Made by a program: the position numbers and the translations under genes
Shown: piece by piece, positions 49,901 through 60,025 of the stretch
Position numbering within the stretch: position 1 is the first letter of the stretch
Layout of the letters: each line of letters begins with the position of its first letter
Source: Candidatus Poribacteria bacterium
Lineage (GTDB): Bacteria; Poribacteria; WGA-4E; WGA-3G
Direction: 5' to 3'
NCBI GenBank assembly: GCA_964291315.2
Contig: OZ219753.1
Location: 1,856,001 to 1,920,000, forward strand
DNA length: 64,000 bases
The notes under the pieces: model-generated
Seen by the model: the letters and a program-made list of their open reading frames with translations, nothing else
Told to the model about the DNA's origin: nothing
The model's database searches: none

Positions 49901-50861
49901 CTACTTCAACACAAACGCCATTTGGCACGACCGAGATCAAGACCAAAATAGAAACATTCTCCGCGGCGTTTATAGCATCAACGGAACCCTTACCAACACC
50001 CTCTTTCGCATCTTCAACATAAGCTATCTCCCCGGGTTGACGAAACTGCGCCACGAAATGCAATCATCGCTCCGATTTGATTATCAACCCCCGGTGGATG
50101 AGAATGATAACCTCTACCCCTTCGGACCCAGCACCTATTTCTTTGAAAGAAAGAGACTAACTTATAACTTCAACACAAGTATCGAAATTAAAACCCGACG
50201 GAGCCAGTCGCCGCACAGAGTCTTATATTTTGATACACGCCTTACCGCCGATTTTACTGACTTTGATCCATTATATAGACGCAAGTACGAACCCATCGAG
50301 AGTGACTTTACTTTTATACCACTCCCCAGTCGAAATCTGAACGTCACTATCCGATTTACACATGATCCAAACCCACATCCCGTGGACCAAAAGACCTTCA
50401 AAATGGTCGGGTTCCGTTCCAATATACGCTATACGCGCCAGGCCTGGAACGTAAGCCTCGGAAGCTCTTTTAGTAAACGGCATACCTCAAGGCAAGCCTC
50501 CCGTTCTATTACCGCTAACGGACGTTATCGCGTCAATCGGAACCTTGAATTTGATGTCAATCTCATCTACTACCCGCTTGAAAGACAGTTTTATTCACAA
50601 CGCATTATGATGACACGGAATCTTCACGATTGGAATTTACGAATATCATGGAACCGCATCGGCCTTAAACGCGAAGACTCACCTTACAACAACGTCCGTC
50701 AGGATTTCACATTTCAAGTTAGCCTGATTCAGGAACCCGCGATCTCGATGGGCGCAGGGTACGATGCCACCACCGAAACCTGGGGCATCCGCACCTTGCC
50801 CGCAGGCATGCCCTACAACGCCTTCGGCGTCGGCAACTCGCTCGGCAGATCCTATTTCTAA
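46911..50861 (+). CDS. lptD: LPS-assembly protein LptD with internal parvulin PPIase insert
   Basis: OstA/jellyroll (GNALVKY...LQAD...ASGNV...TTC...PHY...GFPLFYFP), barrel strands, C-terminal RNLHDW; insert with GGDIGF...AAFTL..GEISPVIQT..AFHILK. Confidence 0.8.
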   Translation: MKKSQSDLSTYYQQPSRKKRHAGTGNKASRRLLTLANPPSIAVIAFGIFTIFLYLLWPLQPLGAQDTPPQEQVPADAKTPNAPDSEPDEDTPTERLNPETDVPEEGTVIGDGDNVSMLDNFVQIHGNALVKYGDVILQADHIWADFDDNLMRASGNVRLKIGDEETYSDELVFNLETKKGIARNGFTYSDPWYFGGSEIFKIEEDKSYVRGATLTTCSLEHPHYYFSVSEVIVRVNQELIAKNIVLRIGGFPLFYFPAIRRDLRKGKIAKIIVKVGTDSYQGPYISIIQPLARKRRYDAALLYDRSARRGQGFGIEGKYRFRDTQFKEIHIPIPPDATPNQRTKLEEKANELQDRLDGKYDRYWLKQLFLEYKITDADIDSARKRAEEIHTQTLAENSNFPQLAQSNSDHSETRYEGGDIGFLVPGETDKDGNPKLNAALETAAFTLQEGEISPVIQTESAFHILKADQVVDIYGEREVRLRRIDINITASNETKTMLRELADDLLQRAHEGQPFEELLQRANTLSDFVQATLSEVNQKQGLPLNEMDSSWQYSIRRMENPGDVTERRPVSTPEGLYIFQLIKKEETPTFEILAEEFQAEWQTFYENIMNPVPEDDEKNTDTQKSEDGDAEEADVTPDEPEQGHVSDTAQATENAKKTEATAPESEANEKRQPTKTTMLENNPEPETENENVISADANKKETETEEQVYRQHDFRGRWEDPSPVASEAQTLYTGEHSRRPIKTKRAFRLIKVDKKRAYRGDLYLYGADRYSYERQNATRIGRSWIMRWAHTQSFFTPWDSREAGRRPISFNGRTELRALNYKEELQLPGESTLNSFGILTYGTAFSAYSPNDLDDNGNLRFSRETIGDFTGRIEARHIHDFTGEGTVSLQKLPQLTLNFSRVRLSAFPLFETLNDTMVSAAEKLKTDTPFLSMFTVPTLESTSLDLDIELGNFFREVFNGKAGEERDVFLQTMDLGFDVRKQSTLLIAPLRELQLSLYFNTNAIWHDRDQDQNRNILRGVYSINGTLTNTLFRIFNISYLPGLTKLRHEMQSSLRFDYQPPVDENDNLYPFGPSTYFFERKRLTYNFNTSIEIKTRRSQSPHRVLYFDTRLTADFTDFDPLYRRKYEPIESDFTFIPLPSRNLNVTIRFTHDPNPHPVDQKTFKMVGFRSNIRYTRQAWNVSLGSSFSKRHTSRQASRSITANGRYRVNRNLEFDVNLIYYPLERQFYSQRIMMTRNLHDWNLRISWNRIGLKREDSPYNNVRQDFTFQVSLIQEPAISMGAGYDATTETWGIRTLPAGMPYNAFGVGNSLGRSYF

Positions 50862-50927
50862 TAGAACCGCACCCAACCCCTACATAGGTATGAATAGAGA
50901 AAACTTGGATACCAAATTCTCTGATTA

Positions 50928-52130
50928 TTACCCAATCTCATTGATCGTAATCAGTTGATCGTCCAAGCTCCTATCCGGGCGCGGCAAGTCCCCAAACAAC
51001 GGACGGAAGTAACCCGCACCTGCCGGCGAAATCTGATAGCGTCCAGCATCGTAGAACCGCAGATCTAAACTTCTCCGAATGACATGTCCAGACGTATCAC
51101 GCTTCAACACCTGTCCCAACGGCAGCAAAGTCGGCTCAATGCCAGTATCCGTCCGCGTAATAGTCGCAACCCCGTTGAACATGCCATCTGAGAGCGCCTG
51201 CACCGCAAGAGCACCAGCTTTCATCGCAGCGTCCCTATCTAGCGGAATCGGACTACCGCACCGTTGCAGATAACCCAGAATCAACGCACGGAACGCTGAA
51301 CTCGAAATTCCGGGCAGACGTTTTTTCATCGCCTCAACGATAATCTCGGAACATCCACCCGGTTTTGTATGGCCAAAAGCATCGAGCTCCGCTTGCGAAC
51401 TAATCATCAATTCCCCCGCATCGTTCCGAATACCTTCCGATACAACAACAATCACGTTGCCCCGCTCAGCGTGTTTCTCGCGAATAGCTTCCGCTAACCT
51501 ATCCGGCTGATACGGTATCTCCGGCACAACAATCAAGTCCGCCTGACCGTAGGCTGCAGATAACGTCAACCAACCAGCATCACGTCCCATCGCCTCAACA
51601 ACAATCACTCGATCGTGAGAGTAGGTAGTCGTCCGTAAGTCGCGAACCGCATTGATAACGCTCTGCGCCGATGATGGAAAACCAGGACAGAAATAGTTGA
51701 CCATCTTAGAGTAATCAACCGCATCCCCCTCCGGCGGATTTATACCCACATCGTTGTCAATCGTTTTGGTTACAAAGGTGGTCGTAAATTGATCCGACAG
51801 AGCCGTCCCAACTGTTAAAGTATCATCGCCCCCGATTGGAATAAGACCACTGATGCCCAATTTTTTCAGGTTGCTCACTGCTTCATCTAACTTATTATCT
51901 TTAATTAGATTCGTGCGAGAGCTCTTCAGCAGCGTCCCGCCACGGTTTTCATCAATCAGATCCGGAGACAACGTAAAGTAGCGGCCACCTTTCAGAACGC
52001 CGCGCCACCCCTCCATGAATCCAACCAATTCAAAACCGAGTTCTTCCGCTTTTAAGGCAATACCTTTAAGTGTAGCGTTCAACGCACTCGTATCACCTCC
52101 GCCCGTTAAAACCCCGATCTTTTTGAGCAT
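50928..52130 (-). CDS. pfkA: 6-phosphofructokinase, probably PPi-dependent
   Basis: LTGGGD, GGTLL.SSR, GGDDT, KTIDND, EAMGRDAGW, LGYLQR; Asp/Lys at the donor-specificity positions. Confidence 0.88.
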   Translation of the reverse strand: MLKKIGVLTGGGDTSALNATLKGIALKAEELGFELVGFMEGWRGVLKGGRYFTLSPDLIDENRGGTLLKSSRTNLIKDNKLDEAVSNLKKLGISGLIPIGGDDTLTVGTALSDQFTTTFVTKTIDNDVGINPPEGDAVDYSKMVNYFCPGFPSSAQSVINAVRDLRTTTYSHDRVIVVEAMGRDAGWLTLSAAYGQADLIVVPEIPYQPDRLAEAIREKHAERGNVIVVVSEGIRNDAGELMISSQAELDAFGHTKPGGCSEIIVEAMKKRLPGISSSAFRALILGYLQRCGSPIPLDRDAAMKAGALAVQALSDGMFNGVATITRTDTGIEPTLLPLGQVLKRDTSGHVIRRSLDLRFYDAGRYQISPAGAGYFRPLFGDLPRPDRSLDDQLITINEIG

Positions 52131-52300
52131 GTTACAACTCCTTTATTTTATACATATTTTTATTCCTACATCTAACGCTGCAATCATCTCTAGCAAGGAT
52201 TCTCTACCCTGACGTTTGGATCGGTTTCTCAACCCTATCCTTCTTTATCTTACCGAAGATTCCAGAATCCTGAACTTCTAAGGGACCTAACTCTCAGAAA

Positions 52301-53860
52301 CTACTTCACAACTTCGACAAGTACCGGTTTATCTAAGGCGAGCGCCTTTTCAAAAGTCGGCTTGAAATCGTTCAGATCCTCAACACGTAACCCAATCGCC
52401 CCGAATGACTCAGCAAATTGCACAAAATCCGGGTTAGCGAGCTCAACTCCGATCCGTTTACCAAAACGCCGAAGTTGGCCACGTTCAATCGAGGTATACC
52501 GATTATCGTTCATCACAAGCGTTACAACCGGCAGTTCATATAGCACAGCCGTGGCGAGGTCTGGAGACGACATCAAGAAACCGCCATCACCACTAAGTGC
52601 AACGACTTTGCGCTCCGGGTAAGCAACTTGGGCACCAATAGCCCCGGTCAATCCGATCCCCATCGCAACAGAAACACCCGAAAAAATATAGCTCCCAGGA
52701 TAATAACACGGAAAATGATGCAGCGCGCCATATCCAGTGATATTAACATCAACCGATAAGATAGCATCGCGAGGCATCACATCACGCATCTCCTTGAGAA
52801 TTCGAGGCGACTCAATTGCGGTGAATCGACGGCGTAATTCGCGTAAACCCTCACCCCAGCCCCCTATTCGTTTTTCATCGCGCAGTGCCGCGTTCAACTG
52901 GCGCAAAACCAGTTTCGGATTCGCACCAATGCCGACAGTAGCAGGATATTCCTTGTGAATCTCCGCTGTGTCTGCCTCGATGTGTAGCAGCGGCTGCGGA
53001 ATCTTGAGACTCCAGTTTCCCGTATCACGATAGTTGAACCGCGTACCAACAGCAACCAGAAGATCAGAGGCCTCCATCGCCGCTTGGGCAACACCATCAC
53101 GAAAGATACCGATCACATTCGGTGAGTCTTCAGGCACAGAACCCTTCCCAAAACCTGTCATCACAATCGGCGCATCTAATAATTCCGCGAACGCCAACAT
53201 CTCCGCAGTTGCCCGTGTATGATTGATACCACCACCAGAGATAAGTAACGGACGCTCAGATACACTTAGGAGCGCCAAAGCCGCATCTATATCTTCTGAG
53301 CTCGCTGGCATCTGGATACCGACGTTACGAGATAGGATTGGTGGATCGATCTCTGTGTCCAATGCATCTTTAGCCAGCTCAATCAACACCGGGCCCGGCC
53401 TACCTGAGCGAAGGGCACCGAAACTCCGATGGATTGCACCCGGAATCTGATCAACACGATGCACAATCTCCAAGTGTTTCGTCATCGGAGCAAAGGCAGC
53501 CTGCTGATCCAAACCGTGGAAACTCTTCCTTGGATCACGCGAGGCCAAATAAGACGGATTCTGACCTGTAATCCACAGAACCGGCGAAGACGCAGTATTC
53601 GCCTCACCAATGCCGATGGAGGCATTATTAGAACCCGGCCCCGGGACAGTCATGCAGACCCCGACATCACCAGTCGCACGCGCATAACCGTCTGCCATAA
53701 ACGACGCACCGCCCTCATGACGCGTAACGTAGTGCCGAATGCTAGCTCGATTGTTATATAATGCTTCATAGACGGTGTCCAGATGGTTACCCGGCAAACC
53801 GAAAATGACGCTAACACCTTGTGCCTTCAAACCTTCAACAAAAAGATCTCCACCCGTCAT
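52301..53860 (-). CDS. Thiamine-diphosphate-binding enzyme (acetolactate synthase-like)
   Basis: FGLPG, RHE..A.FMADGYAR, GRPGPV, GDGGF...N. Confidence 0.9.
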   Translation of the reverse strand: MTGGDLFVEGLKAQGVSVIFGLPGNHLDTVYEALYNNRASIRHYVTRHEGGASFMADGYARATGDVGVCMTVPGPGSNNASIGIGEANTASSPVLWITGQNPSYLASRDPRKSFHGLDQQAAFAPMTKHLEIVHRVDQIPGAIHRSFGALRSGRPGPVLIELAKDALDTEIDPPILSRNVGIQMPASSEDIDAALALLSVSERPLLISGGGINHTRATAEMLAFAELLDAPIVMTGFGKGSVPEDSPNVIGIFRDGVAQAAMEASDLLVAVGTRFNYRDTGNWSLKIPQPLLHIEADTAEIHKEYPATVGIGANPKLVLRQLNAALRDEKRIGGWGEGLRELRRRFTAIESPRILKEMRDVMPRDAILSVDVNITGYGALHHFPCYYPGSYIFSGVSVAMGIGLTGAIGAQVAYPERKVVALSGDGGFLMSSPDLATAVLYELPVVTLVMNDNRYTSIERGQLRRFGKRIGVELANPDFVQFAESFGAIGLRVEDLNDFKPTFEKALALDKPVLVEVVK

Positions 53861-55742
53861 AGTTGCCTCCTTTCATATCGCGTGATTTCGATCTCAAACT
53901 TGACAAAACCTCAAAAAGGTGACCCTGCTTAGGGACAAACACACTATTTAAATACGTCTTTCCGTCAGCCTCCCAAAAATCAACATCTTTCTTTCTGCCC
54001 TCAAATATATCCCACTCCACAATACTCGTAGTCTCTCGCCGTAATTCAATCAACGTATCAAGGGTTAAATTGTCTCTGTTGAATAGGTAGAAAAGTTCGG
54101 ACGCTCCTGTGTCTCTATGGTGAACCTGAACGGCACCCGTCTCTTGATTTTCCGGTTTTATGTACACTGACACGGTCGGCTGCACCCATTTTCGCAGACA
54201 TCTCTCAAGTTTTACCGCTTTTTCATCGGAGGGGCCCCGGAGAATAGTCGCACGGCGTCCGTAGATCAGCCGTTCCAACGGATACGGTTCAAGTCCAATC
54301 TTGCCGTTGAGTAGATACGGCGTTGGTTCATCTGCGATCAATCGCCCCTTCGCCCTTGTGAAAGCTTTCAGGCACTGCACTGTCTCCTCCTGAAGCGATA
54401 CACAACTCGGAAGTAGAACTATGCCGTAGGCCTCTTTAGCACCGAAGCGCTTATTGTTTAGGCAGAGAACACCATTTCCAGGACCACGTCTTCCCTTGCG
54501 CAAAGAACCACCTATAATCTCTGCTGAAGCCAGTTCCCGTTCAGAAACAATCCTGAAATCGTAACCTAATTCCCAGATCCTTTGGCAGAGCCACCCCCAC
54601 GCTTTCGTTACTTGCCCCCATGATTTTCTATCCGGCTTTGTCCAAAGACTTTGTGTCGGTGCCACCATCAAAAGCGGTCTCCTCGGGTAGCCCGACGCTA
54701 ACAATTGTGATAATTTTGATAGCCGCATATCAGATCTTCCCGATCTACCTCCATTTCTGTGTATCCAGAGGTTAAAACCGAGACTCGCGTCTCTTTTCAG
54801 CGTCTGCAGATCTGTCTGCTGTGTATCCTTGCGTGAAATTCCAACGTGCCGTGTGTTGCTGCAGATCCATTTGGCAACCACAAACCGTTTTGCAGTATCT
54901 ATTTCAGTCACATTTAGAATAGGACAATCCACCTGCGCCAACATCGATCCCAATTCAAACTCCAGCGCCTGGGCACTCGCCGGCAGGCTTAAGGCAAACC
55001 GGAGTCCCTCCTGATGACAAAAATCATGTAAGCCACACAGAAAATGAGTCGCGAATCGCTCCGTTAATTCACACCAAACCTTATTCCTGACAGCCGCTGA
55101 GTTGTATGTCTCATAAAACACCAGAGGCAAATAGGCAGCGACTGTCTCTTCCGCTGTTTCCAACAACACCGGACTCCACGGGATTGAAGACGTTCCTGCT
55201 TCTAAAACGCTCATTAACGACAAAAACTTGGGTAATTCGCAACTAAAACCCACAAGATTTTGCTTTCCATAAGTCGCTAAATATCCTTTCAGCATGGATT
55301 CCACAAATCTTGAAACGCCGCTGGCGCTTAAAAGGTCTGCTATCGGTTCCTCGGTCTGGTAGAGCGTGATTAATGTCCTCCCGCGAAGCCGCTCAGCAAT
55401 TTCGAGATCCCCCGCTAGACATCTCCGAATGTAATCGCTGATATGATAGCACGGGGCATCAGCTTGTGGTTGCGCAATGAGATAGTGCCGATATACGTCT
55501 GCTTCCTGCGTCTGAGACCACTGCCGAAGTACAGATTGGATTACCGTCGTTTCCTCCGTATCTCCGAAGGTGTGTTCCAACGCATTCAAGCGATAACGGG
55601 TTTTCAATAAAGTAGACGGCAACTGAATCCACACACTTTCACCGAGTTGCCTGAGCCGCATTAATTCTGCCCTGTGTGCCGTGGGCGCCTGTCTCTTATT
55701 CCACAACAGCACGCTACTTGTATTAAAAGAATCCATCTGCAC
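53835..55742 (-). CDS. Hypothetical protein resembling degenerate GH106/GH2-associated domains
   Basis: YLPLVF, W..L...L...GYDF.IVSE, IVLLP, V.VHHR...ELFYLFN; no intact catalytic motif recognised. Confidence 0.6.
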   Translation of the reverse strand: MQMDSFNTSSVLLWNKRQAPTAHRAELMRLRQLGESVWIQLPSTLLKTRYRLNALEHTFGDTEETTVIQSVLRQWSQTQEADVYRHYLIAQPQADAPCYHISDYIRRCLAGDLEIAERLRGRTLITLYQTEEPIADLLSASGVSRFVESMLKGYLATYGKQNLVGFSCELPKFLSLMSVLEAGTSSIPWSPVLLETAEETVAAYLPLVFYETYNSAAVRNKVWCELTERFATHFLCGLHDFCHQEGLRFALSLPASAQALEFELGSMLAQVDCPILNVTEIDTAKRFVVAKWICSNTRHVGISRKDTQQTDLQTLKRDASLGFNLWIHRNGGRSGRSDMRLSKLSQLLASGYPRRPLLMVAPTQSLWTKPDRKSWGQVTKAWGWLCQRIWELGYDFRIVSERELASAEIIGGSLRKGRRGPGNGVLCLNNKRFGAKEAYGIVLLPSCVSLQEETVQCLKAFTRAKGRLIADEPTPYLLNGKIGLEPYPLERLIYGRRATILRGPSDEKAVKLERCLRKWVQPTVSVYIKPENQETGAVQVHHRDTGASELFYLFNRDNLTLDTLIELRRETTSIVEWDIFEGRKKDVDFWEADGKTYLNSVFVPKQGHLFEVLSSLRSKSRDMKGGNYDGWRSFC

Positions 55743-56051
55743 AAGTGTCTACTCCTGATATAAAGCCCAGAAAATTTGCAATCCTTGAAGTTTCTATGAT
55801 ATACTTTATGATATTATGACATTGAGGTGTGCTATAGTGGATCCGCTTTCTCTTCTTAGATCGATCTCTTATCTATTAATCAGTTTAGCACACGCTTTAG
55901 AATTCATGCAATCAAAACTTTTAGGAGTCGAGAATCGGAGATCCCTCCGACAGAGGACATCGTCGCTATTTCCAAACGCTGCCTCTTGATTGACGTTACT
56001 GATAGGCGTGGTTCCCTAACCCTACTGCTTCATCTATAAAAAAGGAAAAAC

Positions 56052-57302
56052 ATGAAAACCCTCGAAAATCTGATCTCAGCGTTTTCCATCTTCCGCGCGA
56101 GTAAACTCCGCACAATTCTCACACTTTTAGCCATTACCATCGGGATAGCTGGGGTGATTGCTATGATGTCTTTTGGTGCAGGTGCCGAGAAACTGCTCAT
56201 GATGGAGATTGACAAAATCGGTGGACCCAGTATGTTTGGCGTTTATCGACCGGGGTATATCCATAAAAACGGACGCTGGCAACGCAACAACAGTCCACAC
56301 TACTTGGAAATGGACGACCTCCGTGATGTCCTAACAGACTGCCCATCTGTTGAAGTCGCTACTGTGGAAGGAAGCTACTACATCGCCCTGGGGGTTGACG
56401 GCAAATTCCAGCCGACGTATCTCCGGGCAACAACAAATGAATATCAAGCCGTTCGCGACTGGCACACACAATACGGCAGATTCCTTGCTGACACCGACAT
56501 GGACACTTGGACCAAGGTCTGTGTGATCGGCTCCAAAATCTGGAAAGAGCAATTTAAAGGACAAGACCCCATCGGCAAAGAAGTTATAATCAACAATCAT
56601 GGAAAACACAACCGTTTTACTGTCATCGGGATCATGCAGAGCCGAGGGGATGGACTAGAACCCGGAAAAAGTGACGATAACATGATCTTCATACCCATCA
56701 CAACCGCACAGAAACGGTTTTGGGGACACGATCACGTCGGACATATCATGGTCCGCGCCAAGAGCCCGCTTTTAGTCGAGCAAGCCCTCAAAGAGGTAAA
56801 GATGACTATCATGCGCAACCACGGCGGAGATGAAACCTTCTTCCGAACGTGGTCAGCGAAAAAAGGAATCGAACAATCCAAAAAAATGATCTTTATCATA
56901 GAGACGGTGCTCGTCGTCATCGCATCCATCTCTCTCATTGTAGCGGGAATCGGCATCCTTAATATTATGCTCGTCTCAGTGACAGAACGCATTCCAGAAA
57001 TCGGGCTGCGAAAAGCAGTAGGCGCAAAAAGTCTCGACATCCGACTACAGTTCCTCACAGAGTCCGTACTCTTATGCCTGATCGGCAGCCTGTTAGGGAT
57101 CGCTCTCGGCGCAGTCGTCGGCAAAGGTTTCGTGTGGATAGTCGGCCGGCTCCTACAAGATATATCCTGGCCCTCTGTGATCACACCCGAAGCTGTGCTA
57201 CTCTCTGTCTGCGCAGGCGCAGCCGTCGGCATTTTTTTCGGGTACTATCCGGCGAGCCAAGCCGCTAAAATGACCCCCATTGATGCCATTCGGCACACAT
57301 AG
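56052..57302 (+). CDS. MacB/FtsX-family ABC transporter permease
   Basis: KLRTILTLLAITIGI, GIGILNIMLVSVTER..EIGLRKAVGA, FFGYYPA..AA...PIDAIR. Confidence 0.92.
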   Translation: MKTLENLISAFSIFRASKLRTILTLLAITIGIAGVIAMMSFGAGAEKLLMMEIDKIGGPSMFGVYRPGYIHKNGRWQRNNSPHYLEMDDLRDVLTDCPSVEVATVEGSYYIALGVDGKFQPTYLRATTNEYQAVRDWHTQYGRFLADTDMDTWTKVCVIGSKIWKEQFKGQDPIGKEVIINNHGKHNRFTVIGIMQSRGDGLEPGKSDDNMIFIPITTAQKRFWGHDHVGHIMVRAKSPLLVEQALKEVKMTIMRNHGGDETFFRTWSAKKGIEQSKKMIFIIETVLVVIASISLIVAGIGILNIMLVSVTERIPEIGLRKAVGAKSLDIRLQFLTESVLLCLIGSLLGIALGAVVGKGFVWIVGRLLQDISWPSVITPEAVLLSVCAGAAVGIFFGYYPASQAAKMTPIDAIRHT

Positions 57303-57489
57303 GTTCGAAATCCCGCTGTAGTAACAACATCCAGAACAAAACCAAAAATGTGTAGACATTCCGAGAACCAGCGCACAATCTGTTCGCTTAGGTTTTCATA
57401 AATCTTGCAAGGCTCATAAGGAGTGCATCGCGTCTCTTTTAGAAGACCGCCCGCACAATCCTGAAAAAGACGAAGTGCAACAGGATAAA

Positions 57490-58620
57490 ATGAGTAACAG
57501 TACTGCACGCCCCCCGTTTCCGCATACACCCACCACACAAAGCATTAAATACATCGGTTCCAAGCTGAAGCTGATTCCCCACATCCTCCAACTCCTCAAA
57601 AAGGTGGATGCCAAAACAGTGCTCGACGGATTCTCAGGAACAACCCGCGTCTCACAAGCACTCGCTAAACTCGGGTATACTGTCATCTGCAACGATGTCG
57701 CCCCCTGGTCCAAAATCTTTGGAACTTGCTACCTCCTCAACACGAAACCGAGCGAAACCTATCAACCCCTGATCGATCACCTCAACGCCTTGGCACCTGT
57801 TAATGGATGGTTCACAGAACACTACGGAGGATACGCCAACGACGGTCACGCTGTCCAAGCCGACGGCCTAAAAAAACCGTGGCAGCTCCACAACACCCGA
57901 AAACTTGATGCAATCCGACAAGAAATCGAAAATCTTAACCTCGACCCGGTTCACAAAGCCGTTGCACTCACAAGCTTAATCCTCGCACTCGACCGGGTCG
58001 ATAGCACCCTCGGGCACTTTGCCGCCTATCTTAAAAATTGGGCACCCCGCGCCTATAGAAAACTCGTACTTAAGGTTCCAAACATCTTCACTTCAAAAAG
58101 AAACCACCAAGTTTATCAAACCGACATTTTTAAACTCGCACCACGTGTTACCGTGGACCTCGCCTACTTCGACCCACCTTACGGTTCAAACAACGAAAAA
58201 ATGCCCGCCTCCCGTGTCAGATACGCAGCATACTACCACCTCTGGAAAAGCGTCGTCTGCTTCGACAAACCCGCTCTCTTCGGCAAAGCAAAACGCAGAG
58301 AAGATACATCAGACCCCCGCGCCGCGTCTATCTTCGAAGAATTCCGACGAAATGATAACGGACGTTTCATCGCTGTTGAAGCCATTGCAACCCTCATTCA
58401 AAGGACGCAAGCACGCTGGATACTCCTATCCTACAATTCCGGCAGACGCGCTATTGCTGAACAACTCAACGCAGTCATGCAACATAGTGGAAACCTCCGC
58501 GCCGTCCTCGAACTTGACTACAAAAAAAACGCCATGGCAAATATGAAATGGACATATGAATGGACAAATACAGATGAAGAACCCAACCGAGAATACCTAT
58601 TCTTACTCGAGAAAAACTAA
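57490..58620 (+). CDS. Orphan alpha-class (D12/FokI-like) DNA adenine methyltransferase
   Basis: KYIGSKLKL, LDGFSGT, ND, YFDPPY, LLSYN, EYLF. Confidence 0.88.
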   Translation: MSNSTARPPFPHTPTTQSIKYIGSKLKLIPHILQLLKKVDAKTVLDGFSGTTRVSQALAKLGYTVICNDVAPWSKIFGTCYLLNTKPSETYQPLIDHLNALAPVNGWFTEHYGGYANDGHAVQADGLKKPWQLHNTRKLDAIRQEIENLNLDPVHKAVALTSLILALDRVDSTLGHFAAYLKNWAPRAYRKLVLKVPNIFTSKRNHQVYQTDIFKLAPRVTVDLAYFDPPYGSNNEKMPASRVRYAAYYHLWKSVVCFDKPALFGKAKRREDTSDPRAASIFEEFRRNDNGRFIAVEAIATLIQRTQARWILLSYNSGRRAIAEQLNAVMQHSGNLRAVLELDYKKNAMANMKWTYEWTNTDEEPNREYLFLLEKN

Positions 58621-58708
58621 GCCGTGACCCGCTGCATTGAGAACATATATTGCAGCAAACCCTTGAATAGCATCTTTAACTTGTACAATTTTCCCAAGCT
58701 TTGCCCGC

Positions 58709-59752
58709 TTAGCGACTGATACGCACACTTCCAGCCTGCAACGCTTTTTCTGCCTCTTCTGCTGTCGCCCAATTGAAGTCGCCCGGGAAGGTGTGTGCCA
58801 GCGCCGAGTAACCCCCAGCGAAATCCACCGCCTCCTGCGTCGATCTTCCGTTCAGTAGACTATAGATCAATCCCGACGAGAAACTATCACCGCCACCCAC
58901 CCGATCCACAAGTTCCAAATCTTCATAGATACGAGACAGATAGAACTCTTCACCATCAAACAGGAGCGTCCGCCAATCGTTGAGCCAACCGGTCTTCGCA
59001 TCGCGGAGAGTTGTCCCAATCATCTCAATATTCGGGAAAGCCTCCTTGACTCGCTTCGCCATCTCTTTGTAACTGTCAGGTTCAAGCTTGCTATACGACT
59101 CGGTTGTCCCTTCCGCCGCAAAACCGAGGGATTTCTCAAAGTCTTCCTCGTTACCGATGAGAACCGAAACATATTCCATCATCGGCCGGTTCACCGCTTG
59201 CGCTTCTTCCGCACGCCAGAGTTTGGAACGAAAGTTCAAATCGTAGCTGGTTTTGAGCCCCGCCGCGCGCGCCGCCCGTAGCGCCTCTGCTGAAACAGCC
59301 GCCGCAGACACCGATAACGCAGGCGTAATGCCGCTAAGATGAAACCAGCGCGCCTCACTGAATATAGACCCCCAATCAATCTCTCCAACCTGCACATTGC
59401 AGATCGCTGAATAGCCGCGATCATAAGTGACACTACTCGCTCGCGGCCCCGCACCTAACTCAAGATGATAAAAACCGTTCCGCTCCAAGCCGATCCCATC
59501 AAAATCCACCCAAACGACGTTTGACATATCCACACCGAGCTCACGCCCTTTGTTACGGATATAGCGACCAGACCAATTATCCACAAGGCGCGATACCCAA
59601 GCAGTCCGCAAGCCAAGTTGCGAAGCGTTAACTGCAACATTCATCTCCGCACCCCCCGCCGTCATTGACAACGTGGCTGCGTTCTCAAGACGCATAAATT
59701 CAGGCGAGGTCAGACGAATCATCGCTTCCCCAAATGTGACCAAATCGTACAT
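58709..59752 (-). CDS. kdgK: PfkB sugar kinase, 2-keto-3-deoxygluconate kinase-like
   Basis: FGEAMIRL, GGAEMNVA, HLSGITPA, SYDLNFR.KLW, DRVGGGDSF. Confidence 0.85.
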   Translation of the reverse strand: MYDLVTFGEAMIRLTSPEFMRLENAATLSMTAGGAEMNVAVNASQLGLRTAWVSRLVDNWSGRYIRNKGRELGVDMSNVVWVDFDGIGLERNGFYHLELGAGPRASSVTYDRGYSAICNVQVGEIDWGSIFSEARWFHLSGITPALSVSAAAVSAEALRAARAAGLKTSYDLNFRSKLWRAEEAQAVNRPMMEYVSVLIGNEEDFEKSLGFAAEGTTESYSKLEPDSYKEMAKRVKEAFPNIEMIGTTLRDAKTGWLNDWRTLLFDGEEFYLSRIYEDLELVDRVGGGDSFSSGLIYSLLNGRSTQEAVDFAGGYSALAHTFPGDFNWATAEEAEKALQAGSVRISR

Positions 59753-59755
59753 AGC

Positions 59756-60025
59756 TCATTCTCCTGTTACGATGTCCGTTTTATTCTCGTATTCGTGATA
59801 GAGGTCTTTTATACACGCCCCACAAAAGCAGTAGACCCGACCGTAGCCACCAACCTCTTTTTCAAGCAATTCTGTCAGCGGAAAGTCATGCTGACACATC
59901 GCACAAACTTCTATCGGGGCTTCCGGCTCAGACGCTCCTGAACCCGATTCCTGCCGAGTGGACACAAAATACAAGATTAACCAAACGGTGATAGGTATGA
60001 GAATTACAAAAATAACAAAGAGCAC
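59756..60025 (-). CDS. Small membrane-anchored zinc-ribbon protein
   Basis: N-terminal TM; CAMC...FCGAC. Confidence 0.65.
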   Translation of the reverse strand: MLFVIFVILIPITVWLILYFVSTRQESGSGASEPEAPIEVCAMCQHDFPLTELLEKEVGGYGRVYCFCGACIKDLYHEYENKTDIVTGE

